This document shows, piece by piece, positions 27,706 to 41,679 of a stretch of DNA of 64,000 bases (positions are counted from its first letter, which is position 1; the number at the start of each line of letters is the position of its first letter). A model generated the notes under the pieces. The model saw only the letters and a program-made list of their open reading frames with translations, was not told where the DNA came from and did not search any database. Both the position numbers and the translations under genes were made by a program. Origin of the DNA: Eledone cirrhosa. Lineage: Eukaryota. The stretch lies in assembly GCA_964016885.1 (NCBI GenBank), contig OZ024743.1:308140001-308204000 (forward strand). Direction: 5' to 3'.

Positions 27706-28996
27706 AGGGTCTGCGCTACTATTAAGGCCAACTAAGCTCCCGCTTAGGGCGCAGATCCCAGAGGAGCATGGTACTGAACATTAAAGAATCACAGTAGTAT
27801 GCCAGGCTGGTGCTACCATTAAGGCCAACTAGGCAGTCACCTAAAGCACAGACATGAAAGAGGTACATTACAGAACCTTAAAGGATCACAGTTTTATATA
27901 AATTTGTGTAATTCAATTGAATATCTAATTTCCTGTGATTAATAAATAAATCATTAAACATATTTGCTACGTTGCAGCATTATAAAAATATTAAAAGTGG
28001 CGGAGAGAGTTCTATGGTGTTATGACCTATCATATGATTTGACGTGGGTGACTGTGGACTGTGTAGTAAAAAATGCATTCTTAGTAATTGTTCTTAGTGC
28101 AGTCAGACGCCGGCTCTGAATGTAGCGTGTGCATATATAAAAGAATATGTAAGCACACATCTGTAGTGAGAGCCAGCACCAGGGTATTTAGCGCCCTCGA
28201 TATATGTGCCCCCGTTTTCCAATTACGTGCCTTATTCACCCAAATATAATAATTTAAACTTTCAGTTAGTTAGGTAAGCTGATGAACATAGTTTTTGACA
28301 CTTCTTGCTTTGGTCACATTAAGAAAATTACCAAGCCAGCATTTCTACTACACAGTTCACACTAACCCACGCCAATTCATGTGGCAGGTTATAACATCAT
28401 ACGAACCTTTACACCTCTTTGGATATTTCTATAACCCTGCTACACGGCAAAGATGTTTAAGCGTTTGTTTACTGATCACAAGAAATTGTCATATATTTAA
28501 TGTTTGCATAAAACTGTAATCACGTAGAGTTTAGGGGCCCAAGTTGTAGACCTCCTCACGGTGGACCCTGGAAACTGATGGATGATCTCGATCAGGCGAA
28601 CGACAACAACTTGAGACAGCAACAGTCTCATACTGTAATTCAATGGTGACTAAGACACCAGAGAGGACGTAAAAATAAAACATAGTTTCGTAGCACCACG
28701 ATATGGTTAGAATGTTTCAGTAAGGAATCGCTGGACAGATTTTACGGGCAAAACCAACCGTCAGAAGACCCGTGAGTAGGCCTCGAGCAAGATGCTTGGA
28801 TAACACCCATGAGCTGGTGCGATCTCGCTTGGAGATCCAGCTGGATCAATGCGAGATGGTTGTTTCTGACCTGCTGGAAGGAGTGTGTGAGGACTCTGTT
28901 CCTACGACCCTTTCAGAAATAAGTGGGAGAAGATGATAATGATGATGAAGAAGAAGAAGAAGAAGAAGAAGAAGAAGAAGAAGAAGAAGAAGAATG

Positions 28997-29028
<32 letters not shown>

Positions 29029-29046
29029 GTGATGGTGATGGTGATG

Positions 29047-29127
<81 letters not shown>

Positions 29128-29134
29128 GTGGTGG

Positions 29135-29171
<37 letters not shown>

Positions 29172-29252
29172 CGTGAAATTTAGTAATGTACCTCTCTGAG
29201 GTCTGTGTTGTAAGCGACTACCTAGTTGGCCTTATTAGTAGCACCGGCCCTG
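27706..29252. mobile_element. Putative non-autonomous DNA transposon with about 30-bp TIRs, RTE fragment and (GAA)n(GAT)n nested inside
   Basis: Left end AGGGTCTGCGCTACTATTAAGGCCAACTA, repeated at 27803. Right-end reverse complement CAGGGCCGGTGCTACTAATAAGGCCAACTA. Confidence 0.5.
28710..29170 (+). mobile_element. RTE 3' end followed by (GAA)n/(GAT)n tail
   Basis: Homologous to 15010-15110 and 47790-47975, and ends in trinucleotide repeats. Confidence 0.7.
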
Positions 29253-30146
29253 ATCGTCCGCCTGCAGTATGCATGCGTGCGTAGATGTGAATAAATATGC
29301 ATGCCTGCACAGATGGGAAATATGACTAAAGGAATCATATATAAACACTTTTCTAACCATTATTGAGAGAAATCAGGCCAAACAGATGCATATGCAGTTA
29401 TTTTGAGTTAAAGAAACAAACCCGCATGTATGTGGGGGATTTGAAAAACAAAGTTCAATGTAAAAACATAGACCAAGAGGAAATAAAACCCAGGAGATTT
29501 GGAAACGAAAGAATGAACATTACTGCATTATATTTAACAGACGTTCTAACGAATCTGCAAAATGGACGTCCACGTCGTCACCCGATCTGCTAGAAATAGA
29601 AGCCAAATCTCTCTTATCTCAAGTCCTGTACTCAGACCTAGATTTAGGTATGGGCTAAATGGGCTACAGTCCGTCGCCTGTACCTTTTTGTTTCTATGAT
29701 GAAAGTATACACTTATATATATATATATACACATATAGGTGTGTACACACATACACACACACACACACATACATATATATATGATAATAAGGGCGCTGCG
29801 GAGTTGCAAATGGGTTACATATGAAAAAGTTTGTCCTTCATCAGTGATCTTCCAACTATCATAGGCATTTCATCGCTTTAAAGACCATATACCTCCGGTT
29901 GGTGCGAGCAACGGCTAAAAAAAGTCGTTGGGACACGTAAATAAAGGGGACACGAGGGTAAACAAACAAAATGGTGAAGCAACAGAAAGTGAGGAAGAAG
30001 GAGACAAGTCCCAGATTTCTATGAATTTAAGTTCGGTGAAATCGTGAACGAGAGAATAAAGACCTTATATATAAGTATTGAAGTTTCCGTTGAAAATTGA
30101 AAAAGTCATAGGAGTGAAGAGTGCTATGTAAGTTACAGAGATAAAT

Positions 30147-30337
30147 TTAATGTATAATAAACAATACAATATAATTACCTCATTACCAGAGGTTTCCCGA
30201 ATAAGACGAATACAAGAAACGTCTGCATTCGTTCGTCAGACAAGGCAATTCCTTGTCTGAATGAGGACGTTTCTTGTATTCGTCTTATTCGGGAAACCTC
30301 TGGTAATGAGGTAATTATATTTTATTGTTTATTATAC

Positions 30338-30341
<4 letters not shown>
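30147..30341. repeat. Fold-back palindrome with HHR (30178-30245, -)
   Basis: Arms of about 95 bp around a CAATT loop. The minus arm reads CCTTGT-CTGACGA-ACGAAT...ATTCGG-GAAA-CC-TCT-GG-TA-ATGAGG. Confidence 0.85.
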
Positions 30342-30371
<30 letters not shown>

Positions 30372-30381
30372 CACATATATA

Positions 30382-30725
30382 CAGTTGTCCCTCGGTATTC
30401 GCGGGGGTTACGTTCCTAGATTACCCGCGAAGAGTGAAAAATCGCGAATATTGGATGTGGCCCATAAAATGCCTATAAACGTCAAAATATAACGTAAAAT
30501 ATAATTAAAAAAGCGAAGGGGCGTCCAATAAGACGGCAAATACGGTATACTGTTATTGAAATATATATTACCACGAAAAAAAAACATTGAAAAATCGCGG
30601 AAGATATATACGATTCCGCGAATATGCGGTGGTTTCCAGGAACAATTATTAGTGATGTTCTAAGGAAAATTCCACGAATAACCGGGACTGCGAATGTTGG
30701 AACTGCAAATGCCGGGGGTACACTG
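30382..30725. mobile_element. pogo/Tigger-like MITE
   Basis: TA|CAGTTGTCCCTCGGTATTCGC ... GCAAATGCCGGGGGTACACTG|TA. Confidence 0.75.
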
Positions 30726-31149
30726 TATACCTATATATACATTAATGTATATACCTATATATACACTTATATATACACCTATATGTAAACCTATACATAC
30801 ACATATATAAAAATATATATATATACATTTATATATGCACCTATATATGCACTATTCTCAAGAAAAGAGACTATTTAATTTCGCCAACTACAGTGGTTTG
30901 ATACAATAAAGGATTTTCTTATCTGGTTACTTACCCTGCTAGAAATAACAATCAAATTTCCTTCAAATTACATCCTAAACTCAGAACCGTATTTACATAT
31001 TCGTTAAATCAGCTGCAGCCAAGAACCTCATAGTTAAGAGGACCCTTTCCTGTTTTAAATATATATGAAAATCTATATTAAAAAAGAGCTATGAAACAGG
31101 ATATTTTTGTCAAAATTTAAGGTATTATTATTTCTATAAAACATTTCTT

Positions 31150-31510
31150 TTTCTTTTTGTGTCATCTCTGTTTTAGGGTCAGGATATATTAACACCTGGA
31201 ATATCAGCCTTGTTCTATATGTAGGACTACATTTATGTACTTTTAATTCTCATTAGGTTTCTTGGGAGCATGTGTTGGCGACTGCAAATTTTCCATAGCC
31301 TGGAGCCCCTAGTAGCTTTCATCCATCCCTGTTTTTTGGTGTCACCACTGTTTTAGAGGTCAGCATAAATCAATACCTGGAACTTCAGCATTGTTCTATA
31401 TGTAGGACTACATTTATGTACCTTTAATTCTCATTAGGTTTATTGCAAACAGATGGTGGAGGCTCGAGATGTTCTCTAGCCTATGGCCTCTTGTTGTTTT
31501 GATACAGCTC
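31150..31510. repeat. Diverged about 180-bp tandem duplication
   Basis: TTGTTCTATATGTAGGACTACATTTATGTAC..TAATTCTCATTAGGTTT occurs twice, about 181 bp apart. Confidence 0.8.
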
Positions 31511-32495
31511 TGCTTAGATTCTTAATAAAAAAGAAAAATATAATAGACCTACATACAAAAAGACAAGATGGCCGTAATTGGGGGTTAAACAGCGACAATT
31601 ATTGATATAGTAATTGTTTCTAATTTAGGGAACTAGGGTAGCAATTAAGAGGGAAATACGTTGATTACATCGACCTCTAGTGCTTGAATGGTATATGTTT
31701 TATCGACTCCAGAAAGATAAAAGATAAAGTTAACCTTGGCTGGATTTGAACTCAGAACGTTAAGAACCAGGTCAACTACCACAGAGCATTTCGTCCAACG
31801 CTCTAACGGTTCTAGAAATCCATTCCTCTCAGACGTTCTAATAATTATTATTAATTTTAAAGGTCTGGCCTTGTGCCAAAAATAGAAACAATTATTAATT
31901 TTAAAGGTGGTGGATTTTCAGTATCGATAGAACGTCGTACAACATGCTTTGCAGCATAAAGTTACAGCCCTTTACCTTCTGAGTTCAAATCACGCCGAGG
32001 TTAGCTTTGCCTTTAAACCTTACTGGGTTGATAAAATAAAGTACAGGTGACGCACTGGGGTGGATTTGGTCGATTTTTCCCGTTCACTTCAAATTGCTGC
32101 CGAAAGTATAAACAATTATCAATTCTAAAGGCGATGTGTTTGCAGTATCGGTAGAGCGCCGGACAAAATGCTTTGCAGTATTGAGTTAGGATTTTCTACA
32201 TTCTGAGCTCAAATTTTACCGAGGTCAACTTTGCTTTTCATCCGTCCGTGATCGATAAAAACTAGTACCAGTTAAGTATTGATGTCAATATAATCGACTT
32301 TTCTCTTCACCCAAATTGCTTGCCTTGTGCTAATGTTAGAAATAATTATCAATAATTACTCAATACTAAAACAGGCTGAATGATTAGAACGTCAGATGAA
32401 ATACTATGAAATACTAGCTACGGTTTTCTTCGATCTTAGTTCAGATCCCTCCAACGTCGACTTTATCTTTCATCCTTCTAGAGGTTCAAACGGTT

Positions 32496-32660
32496 TATAT
32501 CAAAAGAGTTAAATTATTTCGGTAATCACATATTTTTGTCATCTTCCCACATTTAAATTATTTGAAATTAAAAATGCTTCTTTTTTTTTCATATTTTTTT
32601 TTATCGTGAAGACGTCAAAAATATGTGATTACCGAAATAATTTAACCCTTTTGATATATA
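32496..32660. repeat. About 55-bp inverted repeat
   Basis: TATATCAAAAGAGTTAAATTATTTCGGTAATCACATATTTTTG pairs with 32616-32658. Confidence 0.8.
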
Positions 32661-32721
32661 ATGTGATAAAGTGTTCAAAGATTTTATATTATAGCAAACA
32701 TTAATTCCAACAAACACTTTC

Positions 32722-32956
32722 CAGGGGTTGAAGCATTTCTGAATGGGGGAGAGGCAAATTTGATCGATTTAGTTGTAATGATTAGTTTAGCTGTTATCAA
32801 ATATCAACCAAGATATTAAAAAAACTTCGATATGCGATAGACATAACATGTACATATACTGTAGCACTTATACAAATAGATGTGTGTTTTTTGGTAGTTT
32901 GGGGAGAAAAATATAATGATTGGGGTGGCCACCACCCCCCAGTTCCACCGCCCCTG
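32722..32956. mobile_element. Putative MITE
   Basis: CAGGGG...CCCCTG termini with CTTTC on both sides. Confidence 0.45.
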
Positions 32957-33734
32957 CTTTCACAGCAAACAAAGCGATAACGCTACCATCTCTAAATTGT
33001 TTGTATTTTTTAAATCTGTAAATTCAAACTTCATTTTACAAAACTGTTTATACAAAAACAAAACACACTATTAAAGGAAAGACAAAAAAGGAAATGAAAG
33101 AAGAAAAAGAAAAAAAGAATCAAGCAACGAATGAAATGGGGAGGGGTGGAGGACAGACACTACACCCCAGTCTGAGCGGTGCCTCAGCCGCGCCCCACAG
33201 ACAAAATTGCAATAAATAAAAACGAAATTGAGTTTAATGAATTTCGGAATTTTGTCATAGAATTAAGAAATATTTAACGGAAATTTAACCTACATTGTAT
33301 CTATTTTTAAAATGTGACCTCATTATCAGTATCTGGACAGCATTACATGGAAAACATTGAGGACAGATGGAAACTGTTAAGATATTTTTACTGGTCCAAG
33401 CTTCAAAGGAGAATAAAACCAGTGCTTGACTCCAAACACTCTAAACAACAAGCTGTTAACAGTATATGTGGTGTTGTAAATAAATGTATACATATACACC
33501 AGGTCCGAACACAACGGAACCAAACTCCCAACTCTATATGCGTTAATTCTTTTACAGGTGTCAGTCATTAGACTGCGACTATGCTGAGGCACCTCTTTAA
33601 AGGGGTTTAGTCGTTCATATGGAACCAAGTACCTTTTTAAAAGTTTGCCTGGTACTTATTTTAGTGATCGATTTTTGTCGAACCGCTAAGCTAAGTCACT
33701 TAAACACGGACACGAGCACCCAAACACACACACA

Positions 33735-33849
<115 letters not shown>

Positions 33850-34616
33850 AATGTGAAGACTAAAATCCAAAGATTAATATTCTATTTAACATAACAGAAT
33901 GATTTCCAGCACGGAGTTTAAGAATGATGTAAATAAAATTGAAAACGAAAATGACAGAGGTTATTAAAATAGTAAAAGTAAATAGTGAAGATTTAGGCCA
34001 GTACATACGTATGCCCCGATGGACATACACATACAAACGCATACACACACACATATATATATATATATAATAAATGTGAAGACTAAAATCCAAAGAGGGC
34101 TCGATAAGGATAAATATATATATATATATATATAATTGTTTCTACTTTAGGCACAAGGCCAGCAATTACCCAGTGCATTACTGGTACTTTATTTTACCGA
34201 CTCCGTAAGGATGAAAAGCAAAGTCAACCTCGGCGGGATTTGAACTCAGATCGTAAAGGGACGTAACTATGCTGGAAAGCATGGCGTCCGACCCTCCACT
34301 GATACTGCCAATACACCGCCCTTATATATATTTTTAGAAGCTTCAACGTATTTTTTTTTTTTTTTACTATGAAAAATAGTGTAACAAATTGGGCATAAAA
34401 ACTCCTGAACGGAGAAAAGTTGGTATTTTTAGAAAGAAAATATTCGACCTTGAGCTTCTACAGTTGCTGTTCATAACTTCACTCAGACAAGCGTTTTCAG
34501 GAATGAAGACGCTAGTGTGAAATCACGAGCAAAACTATATGCCGCAAAGTATGTTACCCGACAAAACAATACAACAAAATACAACTTGCTTAAACACGTT
34601 TCTGATTTATATATAA

Positions 34617-35973
34617 CTAGCATTAAAGCCCGGCGTTGCTCGGGGTCATTAAGTTACCAAAGTTAGGTTGCACCACCCATTTTATGGCAGCACTTTTTTG
34701 TCTGCCAGGCACTGGGTGAATGAATTGCAGACCTGGAAGCAGGAGCTGCGCCAGCAGTGACAATTGTAGTTTCGCCTATGGATATTATCTCTGTGCAAAA
34801 AAGTGTTGAAATTTATTGTTTCACAGTACTTGCGCAACACGCGCATAGACGATGCCAGCCGAACAACAGAGCTGCGATGGAGTTGTTCTGCATGGTTGTC
34901 TGTGTGTTTTCTAAATTTAAGACAGTAGGGAGGGTTGTGATATGAGGGAGAGTTAGCTGTTGTTTCTAGCAGGTTTAGTGACCTCATAGAGGATATGTGT
35001 TTTCTAAATTTAAGACAGTAGGGAGTGGTGTGATATGGAGGAGAGTTAGCTGCTGTTTCTAGCAGGTTTAGTGACCTCATAGAAGATATGTTTTCTAAAT
35101 TTAAGACAGTAGGGATGGATGTGATATGAGGGAGAGTTAGCTGCTGTTTCTAGCAGGTTTAGTAACCTCATAGAGGATATGTGTTTTCTAAATTTAAGAC
35201 AGTAGGGAGTGGTGTGATATGGGGGAAAGTTAGCTGCTGTTTCTAGCAGGTTTAGTGACCTCATAGAAGATATGTTTTCTAAATTTAAGACAGTAGGGAT
35301 GGATGTGATATGAGGGAGAGTTAGCTGCTGTTTCTAGCAGGTTTAGTAACCTCATAGAGGATATGTGTTTTCTAAATTTAAGACAGTAGGGAGTGGTGTG
35401 ATATGGGGGAGAGTTAGCTGCTGTTTCTAGCAGGTTTAGTGACCTCATAGAAGATATGTTTTCTAAATTTAAGACAGTAGGGAGGGGTGTGGTATGGGGG
35501 AGAGTTAGCTGCTGTTTCTAGCAGGTTTAGTGACCTCATAGAGGATATTATTGTTTATCATTATCTATAAAAGGCAGATTGTTGTTGTTGTTGAAGTGAG
35601 TGTGTGTTTGTATGCGTTTGGAAAAGAGGTTTTAAAAAAGATTTATCGCTTGTTGTTGAATAAATGTATCTGTTGCTTTTGAAACGGACAGTATCACCAT
35701 CAAGCTTGGAAAGAGAAAGTAGCAGAAAGTATGAAGTTGTATAGATTTTGAATGGTAGTGGAAAGAGTTTAGCAGTTTAAATGACAGAGAAAAATCGTAA
35801 AATATTGAGTTTTATCTATTTTTTGCGTAATTGTGGGTGAAATTGAAAAAATGAGATGTGCCAAGACGCAATCGAAACTATTTCGAATACTGAATTGTAA
35901 ATTTCAATTGAAGAAATTCTATATCGTAGATTTCTATAAGAAAGGAGCATGACCACACACTGAGCTTTATAGA
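34617..35973 (-). mobile_element. Non-autonomous Helitron with internal 92-bp tandem array
   Basis: A|TCTATAAAG ... CCCGAGCAACGCCGGG...CTAG|T. The flanks rejoin to match the uninterrupted repeats at 18060-18175 and 18490-18600. Confidence 0.8.
34905..35547. repeat. About 92-bp tandem repeat x7 with 184-bp higher-order period
   Basis: Alternating unit variants. Near-identical ORFs occur 184 bp apart. Confidence 0.92.
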
Positions 35974-36555
35974 TTATGATTACTCTTTATTGTTTATTTT
36001 ATATTATGTTTACTGATATATCTATTTACTTATCTATTTTTGTACATGCCTAGGGTCGATGAGGGGTCAAGGATACCAGGATGGAGTCAATGATCTATGA
36101 TTGGTGATCCTTGATCTAGACATTACATGTTGGTGTTGCTGCTGTATTTGTAGGGGTGGGGTATATGTGATGCTATAAAGAAAAAAGTAAAATCGCTAAC
36201 TAAGCTGACTAAGATAGATATTAGTTTAGTCTACTAGTTGAAAGGATGAGAATTTATATTCTATCACCAGCATCCGATCTTTGCCAAGACATGAAAATTT
36301 CCGCTGGCTCAGTTCGCTAGATTACAAATAGACGGACTTATATTGACGCTGGAAATATTGTTTAAGGATTAGAGACAAATAACGTTTTAATTGATATTAA
36401 CTACTCCTTCATTGTTGGATAGGTTTACAATCTGACCGCTTTATTCATGGTGTCACTATTCCTTAACTTTGTGTGTTCACTCTGAGTAGAAATTAATCAA
36501 TTACTCACTTATTGAGTACTTCGTGACAGCCTCTGATAATTGGATTGTTCATCTG

Positions 36556-36666
<111 letters not shown>

Positions 36667-36788
36667 TGTATATATAGCGTATTTGGCAATACACTGTATG
36701 CTTATTTAAAAGCATTTTGAAGACCTTACGCTATTGTTTTAAAGTAGTGACTATGTCACTTCTTTTTTTCAACAAACAAAGGGAGATA

Positions 36789-36832
36789 AGCTGACAGATC
36801 TCTGTTTCATACTGTTGGTATTCCTCAGAGCT
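36789..36832 (-). ncRNA. Type I hammerhead ribozyme, canonical core
   Basis: Exact reverse complement of 36965-37008. Confidence 0.85.
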
Positions 36833-36964
36833 CACCACTCCCCTTCTCTGTTGAAAATGATGAATGTTGGACCGGCAACCGCTATGTATAATCAGTTCCT
36901 GATTATTACTGGAATTCTATAAGAATCCAACATTCATAATTTTCAACAGACAAGGGGAGTGGTG

Positions 36965-37008
36965 AGCTCTGAGGAATACCAACAGTATGAAACAGAGATC
37001 TGTCAGCT
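36965..37008 (+). ncRNA. Type I hammerhead ribozyme, canonical core
   Basis: AGCT-CTGAGGA-ATAC-CAACA-GTAT-GAAA-CAGA-GA-TCTG-TC-AGCT. Confidence 0.88.
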
Positions 37009-37174
37009 TATCTCCCTTTGTTTGTTGAAAAAAGAAATAAATGGCATAGTCACTACTTTAAAACAATAGCGTAAGTTCTTCAAAATGCTTTTAATTAAGC
37101 ATACAGTGTATTGCCAAATACACTATATATACATCGCTATTTCAGAGCACCAATTCTAATTTTATATATATATG

Positions 37175-37219
<45 letters not shown>

Positions 37220-37223
<4 letters not shown>

Positions 37224-37951
37224 GGAAATTTAGTAAAATCGAATCTCTGGCGGTTTGCAACCAAATTTGGCCTACTTATATGAAATGATGAGTTAGCAAA
37301 GCACTCAATAAAGTAGGTCCTTAGAGTAATAACATTCGTTTAAATAGCTTGACAAATCGAACATTGTGGTAGGCAAAATCTAACACACAATAATATACAA
37401 AAGTAACAATAGAACTAACAAGTTGAGAAAAATACACCTGGACAAATCAAACGATTATACGCCCAAAGTGCCTCTTTGAATCCAAAATCAAACATCAGAC
37501 CCACGTGACCGGCAAGCCCGTGGCACTCATGATCGAATAGAGGACTCAGTTCTTCAAGAGGTTTTCGTTCTACCCAGGACGGGGTGATAGGCTAAATGTT
37601 GCCGCTACATGCAGCGTATCGTATCTATCACGTGTTAATTCCAGCAAGGGAAATAACCCCGGTTTTTGGCGGGTCATTCAAAATGTTAGACAAAGGAAAT
37701 ATTTTAATTTCCGCTAATCATCATGATAAGCTCTCGACTAGATGTTATAAAACAAACACAAATAATTAACTAATCAACGGGATTGTCTAATTAAATTAAT
37801 TAGTTAATTATTAAATCTAGGAGAATAATATAATTGGAAATTTAGTAAAATCGAATCTCTGGCGGTTTGCAAGCAAATTCGGCCTACTTATATGAAATGA
37901 TGAGTTAGCAAAGCACTCGAAAAGGTAGGTCCTTAGAGTAATAACATTCGT
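37220..37951. repeat. About 120-bp direct repeats (37220-37340, 37831-37951) flanking about 490 bp
   Basis: AATTGGAAATTTAGTAAAATCGAATCTCTGGCGG...AACATTCGTT occurs twice. Confidence 0.8.
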
Positions 37952-38990
37952 TATATACTATATAAATTGGAAGTGGTCGGACGTAGTATATTTAAGTAAG
38001 TAGGTGTAGTCGGATAAACGTCGAAACGGCTTGGTGGAATGCAACGAAAATTTACACAGTTATGCAGAATAACCCGAGGAGGCGTTGGGTTGACTTTCAA
38101 GCTACAAGCTTCCATGGTTACGGAGAAAATCGATGAAACAGGAATTTCCTGTGAACGCAGAGTCAATATTTCGAGAAACGTTCCAACCGAACGAAAACAG
38201 GAAGACGATATTTTGGTTCGTGAAGACGTTCCCTGGCAATGAACGGGGGAAAAAGCGAGGATAATACGTCGTTATGTGGAGCGAGAAGAACAATTTCATG
38301 CAAAGACAAGACCAAGTTTATGGTATAAATGGAGTCGTTAGACTAATATTCTATTTAACATAACAGAATGATTTCCAGCCCCGGAGTTTAGAATGATGTA
38401 AATAAAATTGAAAACGAAAAAGACAGAGGTTATTAAAATAGTAAAAGTAAATAGTGAAGATTTAGGCCAGTACATACGTATGCCCCGACGGACATACACA
38501 TACATACGCACACACAAATACATACCCCCCACCCCCACACCCACACGAGCGCGCGCATGTATAAACATTATGCATTTCTATTGTATTTTCACCAAACTTA
38601 AGACATAGGTTACTTATGTACTCCGGATGGTCATGGGCACTTTCATTTTTCCAGATTGATTATAGGGCCTCCCGGCAGATAACCCCCTTTAACCGCTTCC
38701 TTGGAGTCGACTGAAGAATTGCAGTGCAATGCAACAAAACGTCATAACTTCTGGAGTTCGCAACCGATTTTCACAAAACTTGACACATGGGCTACGTTTG
38801 TCCTACAGATGAATGTGAACTCTCAGAATTGGCACATATTGAGTAGGGGACCCCTGGGGCAGGAACCCTCTTTTGGAAAAAGCCGATGATTTTGTAAAAG
38901 TATAGTTTTCGAAGTAGCACTGAAGTATTGACATAAATGGTATACACAACTGCTATTTAATACCCGAGCAACGCCGGGTACCTCTGCTAG
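37952..38990 (+). mobile_element. Non-autonomous Helitron
   Basis: TATATACTATATAAA start, and CCCGAGCAACGCCGGG-TACCTCTG-CTAG|T end. Paralogous to 5570-6410, with a fragment at 33875-34060. Confidence 0.8.
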
Positions 38991-39145
38991 TATATATATA
39001 TATATATTCAATTGAAGAAAGTTGGTTGATTAAATATCTACCGACTTATTCTTCAACAGACGTGAAACACTCCACGATTTTTGTTCATCCGGAGTTTTAT
39101 TACAATAAATAAGAGAGATGGTTTTATTCGTACATCCCTATTTTA

Positions 39146-39215
39146 TTCATTATACGTATTTCGAAGATGTAACGTAGTTATATAATAACTCCCTTACACG
39201 TTCTCTTCAGACAAA
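39146..39215 (-). ncRNA. Type I hammerhead ribozyme, intact core
   Basis: TTTGT-CTGAAGA-GAAcGTGTAA...TTACATcTTC-GAAA-TACGTA-TA-ATGAA. Confidence 0.78.
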
Positions 39216-39654
39216 AATACAAACGTGATGTAATTTTCTATCAATATGTTACCAGTCGAACGTGTTATTCACCTCGCCGACCAATACACATATGGCCAGA
39301 TTTCTCTTGTAGCAGGTCTATTATGCAACATGTATTACGCTGCACTAGCATAATACATGTTGCATGTATGACTCAATAATAATGCATTGTTCTCTTTCAA
39401 TAGATGTTGCGCGCGCGCGCGCGCGTGTGTGTGTATCAGATCAACGTCTGTTCCGACGGTGATTGTTCCAGTTGGTTTAATCAACGAAACAGCCTGCTTA
39501 AAAAATTAACGTTTATTTCATAGCGTGACGAATGTGTACGAAGACTGGCTCTTTCAATTACAGGTAAACTACTTTTTGCCAGCTGGGTGGGCTGGAGCAA
39601 TGTGAAATGAAGTGTCTTGCACATATAGAGTGAGCTTGACCATTATATGTAAAT

Positions 39655-40128
39655 GAGCATCCGGGATCATGAATAGCAGGGTACCAAGAAGCTTCTTGAA
39701 AACATTCCACGTCCACACCATGCATGTCTCTCAAATTTCTTGGCAGTCTGTTGAAGAGTTGAGGGCCTTTGAACCCCAGGCTATTGCAATATCTGCTCCT
39801 TATTCTAGATGTAAAAGATGGGAACTTTGGCACCACTCAGTGACGTCCTGTTCGGGGGTTGGTCCACCTCTCAATGCCAAAGTTTGGTGCTAGTCCCTCC
39901 AGAATTTTCCATGTGTATAACACTGCGTATCTCTACCGTCTTTGTTCCAAGAAGTAGAATTTCAATTCTTTTAGCCTCTCCCAGTAGCTCATCTCCTTCA
40001 TCGTGGCAATATTCTTGGTGTAGCTTCGCTGGATTGCCTCAAGCTCCGTGATTAGTTTGATACTATGGGGTGACCACAGTTGGGAGCAGTCGTCCAGGTG
40101 GCTTAGGACAAATGTCCTCCATAGTATC
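39655..40128 (-). mobile_element. CR1/L2-type LINE 3' fragment
   Basis: LWRTFVLSHLDDCSQLWSP...LEAIQRSYTK...SYWERLKEL..LEQRR, followed by GPQLFNRLP. Confidence 0.8.
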
Positions 40129-40140
40129 AATATATATATA

Positions 40141-40305
40141 TACGATGGGATGCTGAAAAGTTCCTGGCTTTGGGTAAAAGAAAATACAGGAGGGTCAGTT
40201 AATTATGATTCCATTCAACGTAATCCCCTCTCAGATTCAGCGGTCTTTCAGTTTTTCTAAGTCCTGTAAAAAGAACTCGGAACGTTGGGCCTCCAACCAG
40301 ACCTC
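40141..40305 (+). mobile_element. mariner-like left end fragment
   Basis: TA|CGATGGGATGCTGAAAAGTTC, similar to the TIR at 61226. Confidence 0.5.
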
Positions 40306-40392
40306 TTAAATATCCTTCAATCCAGTGTGAAACTAATAGGACTATGTGTTATTGCACCTTTGTGTTCATCATGTTTATCTTGAAATATATAA

Positions 40393-40470
<78 letters not shown>

Positions 40471-40678
40471 ATATGTATACATTTATATATATATATATAT
40501 ATATAATATAATATGTTGAGAAGGTAACACACCAGAGAGAGATATATAGTGCGTTATCAATAATACAGGGAAAAAACCCACCAGTGTATGGAATCTATAA
40601 CCTATGAAAGGCAGACTATAGACACGATAATTAAAAATATAAATTAAAGCGTAAATAAATACCTCTATAACTATATAA

Positions 40679-40755
40679 CACACGTACAAATCCAGAGTTA
40701 TGTTTCACCAGAAAAATTGTTGAAAGAAATGTTAGTCTCGGTTCATCAGCGTGTG
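40679..40755 (-). ncRNA. Type I hammerhead ribozyme
   Basis: Reverse complement of 41349-41425. Confidence 0.82.
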
Positions 40756-41348
40756 TAAGGCTATACATTTCAGACAACACTAAGAGAATTTTACAATTGA
40801 CTGTCCAGCTACACGTGGGAGAGAGAAGTCACAGCGTGTTTAAGGGCAGTGAACCAGTGGCCTCTGAGAGACGAACTGCTAGAAAGGGCAGCCCAAAGCC
40901 ACTCAGAGAAGAGTGCTCAACCAAACAGAGATAGGAAAGGCTGTTGTTAGGAGCGAAATATCACGATAAATTAACGGAGGCATGGGCCGTCGTTATTCCC
41001 TGTAAATAATGTGCTCAAAGGGGAAGAGATCCTGAGCCCTTTAGAATATAATATGTTGAGAAGGTAACACACCAGAGAGAGATATATAGTGCGTTATCAA
41101 TAAGGGAATAACGACGGCCTATGCCTCCGTTAATTTATCGTGATATTTCGCTCCTAACAACAGCCTTTCCTATCTCTGTTTGGTTGAGCACTCTTCTCTG
41201 AGTGGCTTTGGGCTGCCCTTTCTAGCAGTTCGTCTCTCAGAGGCCACTGGTTCACTGCCCTTAAACACGCTGTGACTTCTCTCTCCCACGTGTAGCTGGA
41301 CAGTCAATTGTAAAATTCTCTTAGTGTTGTCTGAAATGTATAGCCTTA

Positions 41349-41425
41349 CACACGCTGATGAACCGAGACTAACATTTCTTTCAACAATTTTTCTGGTGAA
41401 ACATAACTCTGGATTTGTACGTGTG
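41349..41425 (+). ncRNA. Type I hammerhead ribozyme
   Basis: CACACG-CTGATGA-ACCgAGA...TCTGGT-GAAA-CA...TG-TA-CGTGTG. Confidence 0.85.
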
Positions 41426-41679
41426 TTATATAGTTATAGAGGTATTTATTTACGCTTTAATTTATATTTTTAATTATCGTGTCTATAGTCTGCCTTTCAT
41501 AAGTTATAGATTCCATACACTGGTGGGTTTTTTTCCCTGTATTATTGATAACGCACTATATATCTCTCTCTGGTGTGTTACCTTCTCAACATATTATATT
41601 CTAAAGGGCTCAGGATCTCTTCCCCTTTGAGCACATTATTTACAGGGAATAACGACGGCCTATGCCTCCGTTAATTTAT

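Noticed and set aside
28923-29199. Acidic poly-D/E ORF
   Set aside because: It is the (GAA)n(GAT)n tail of an RTE element, with no splice or coding context.
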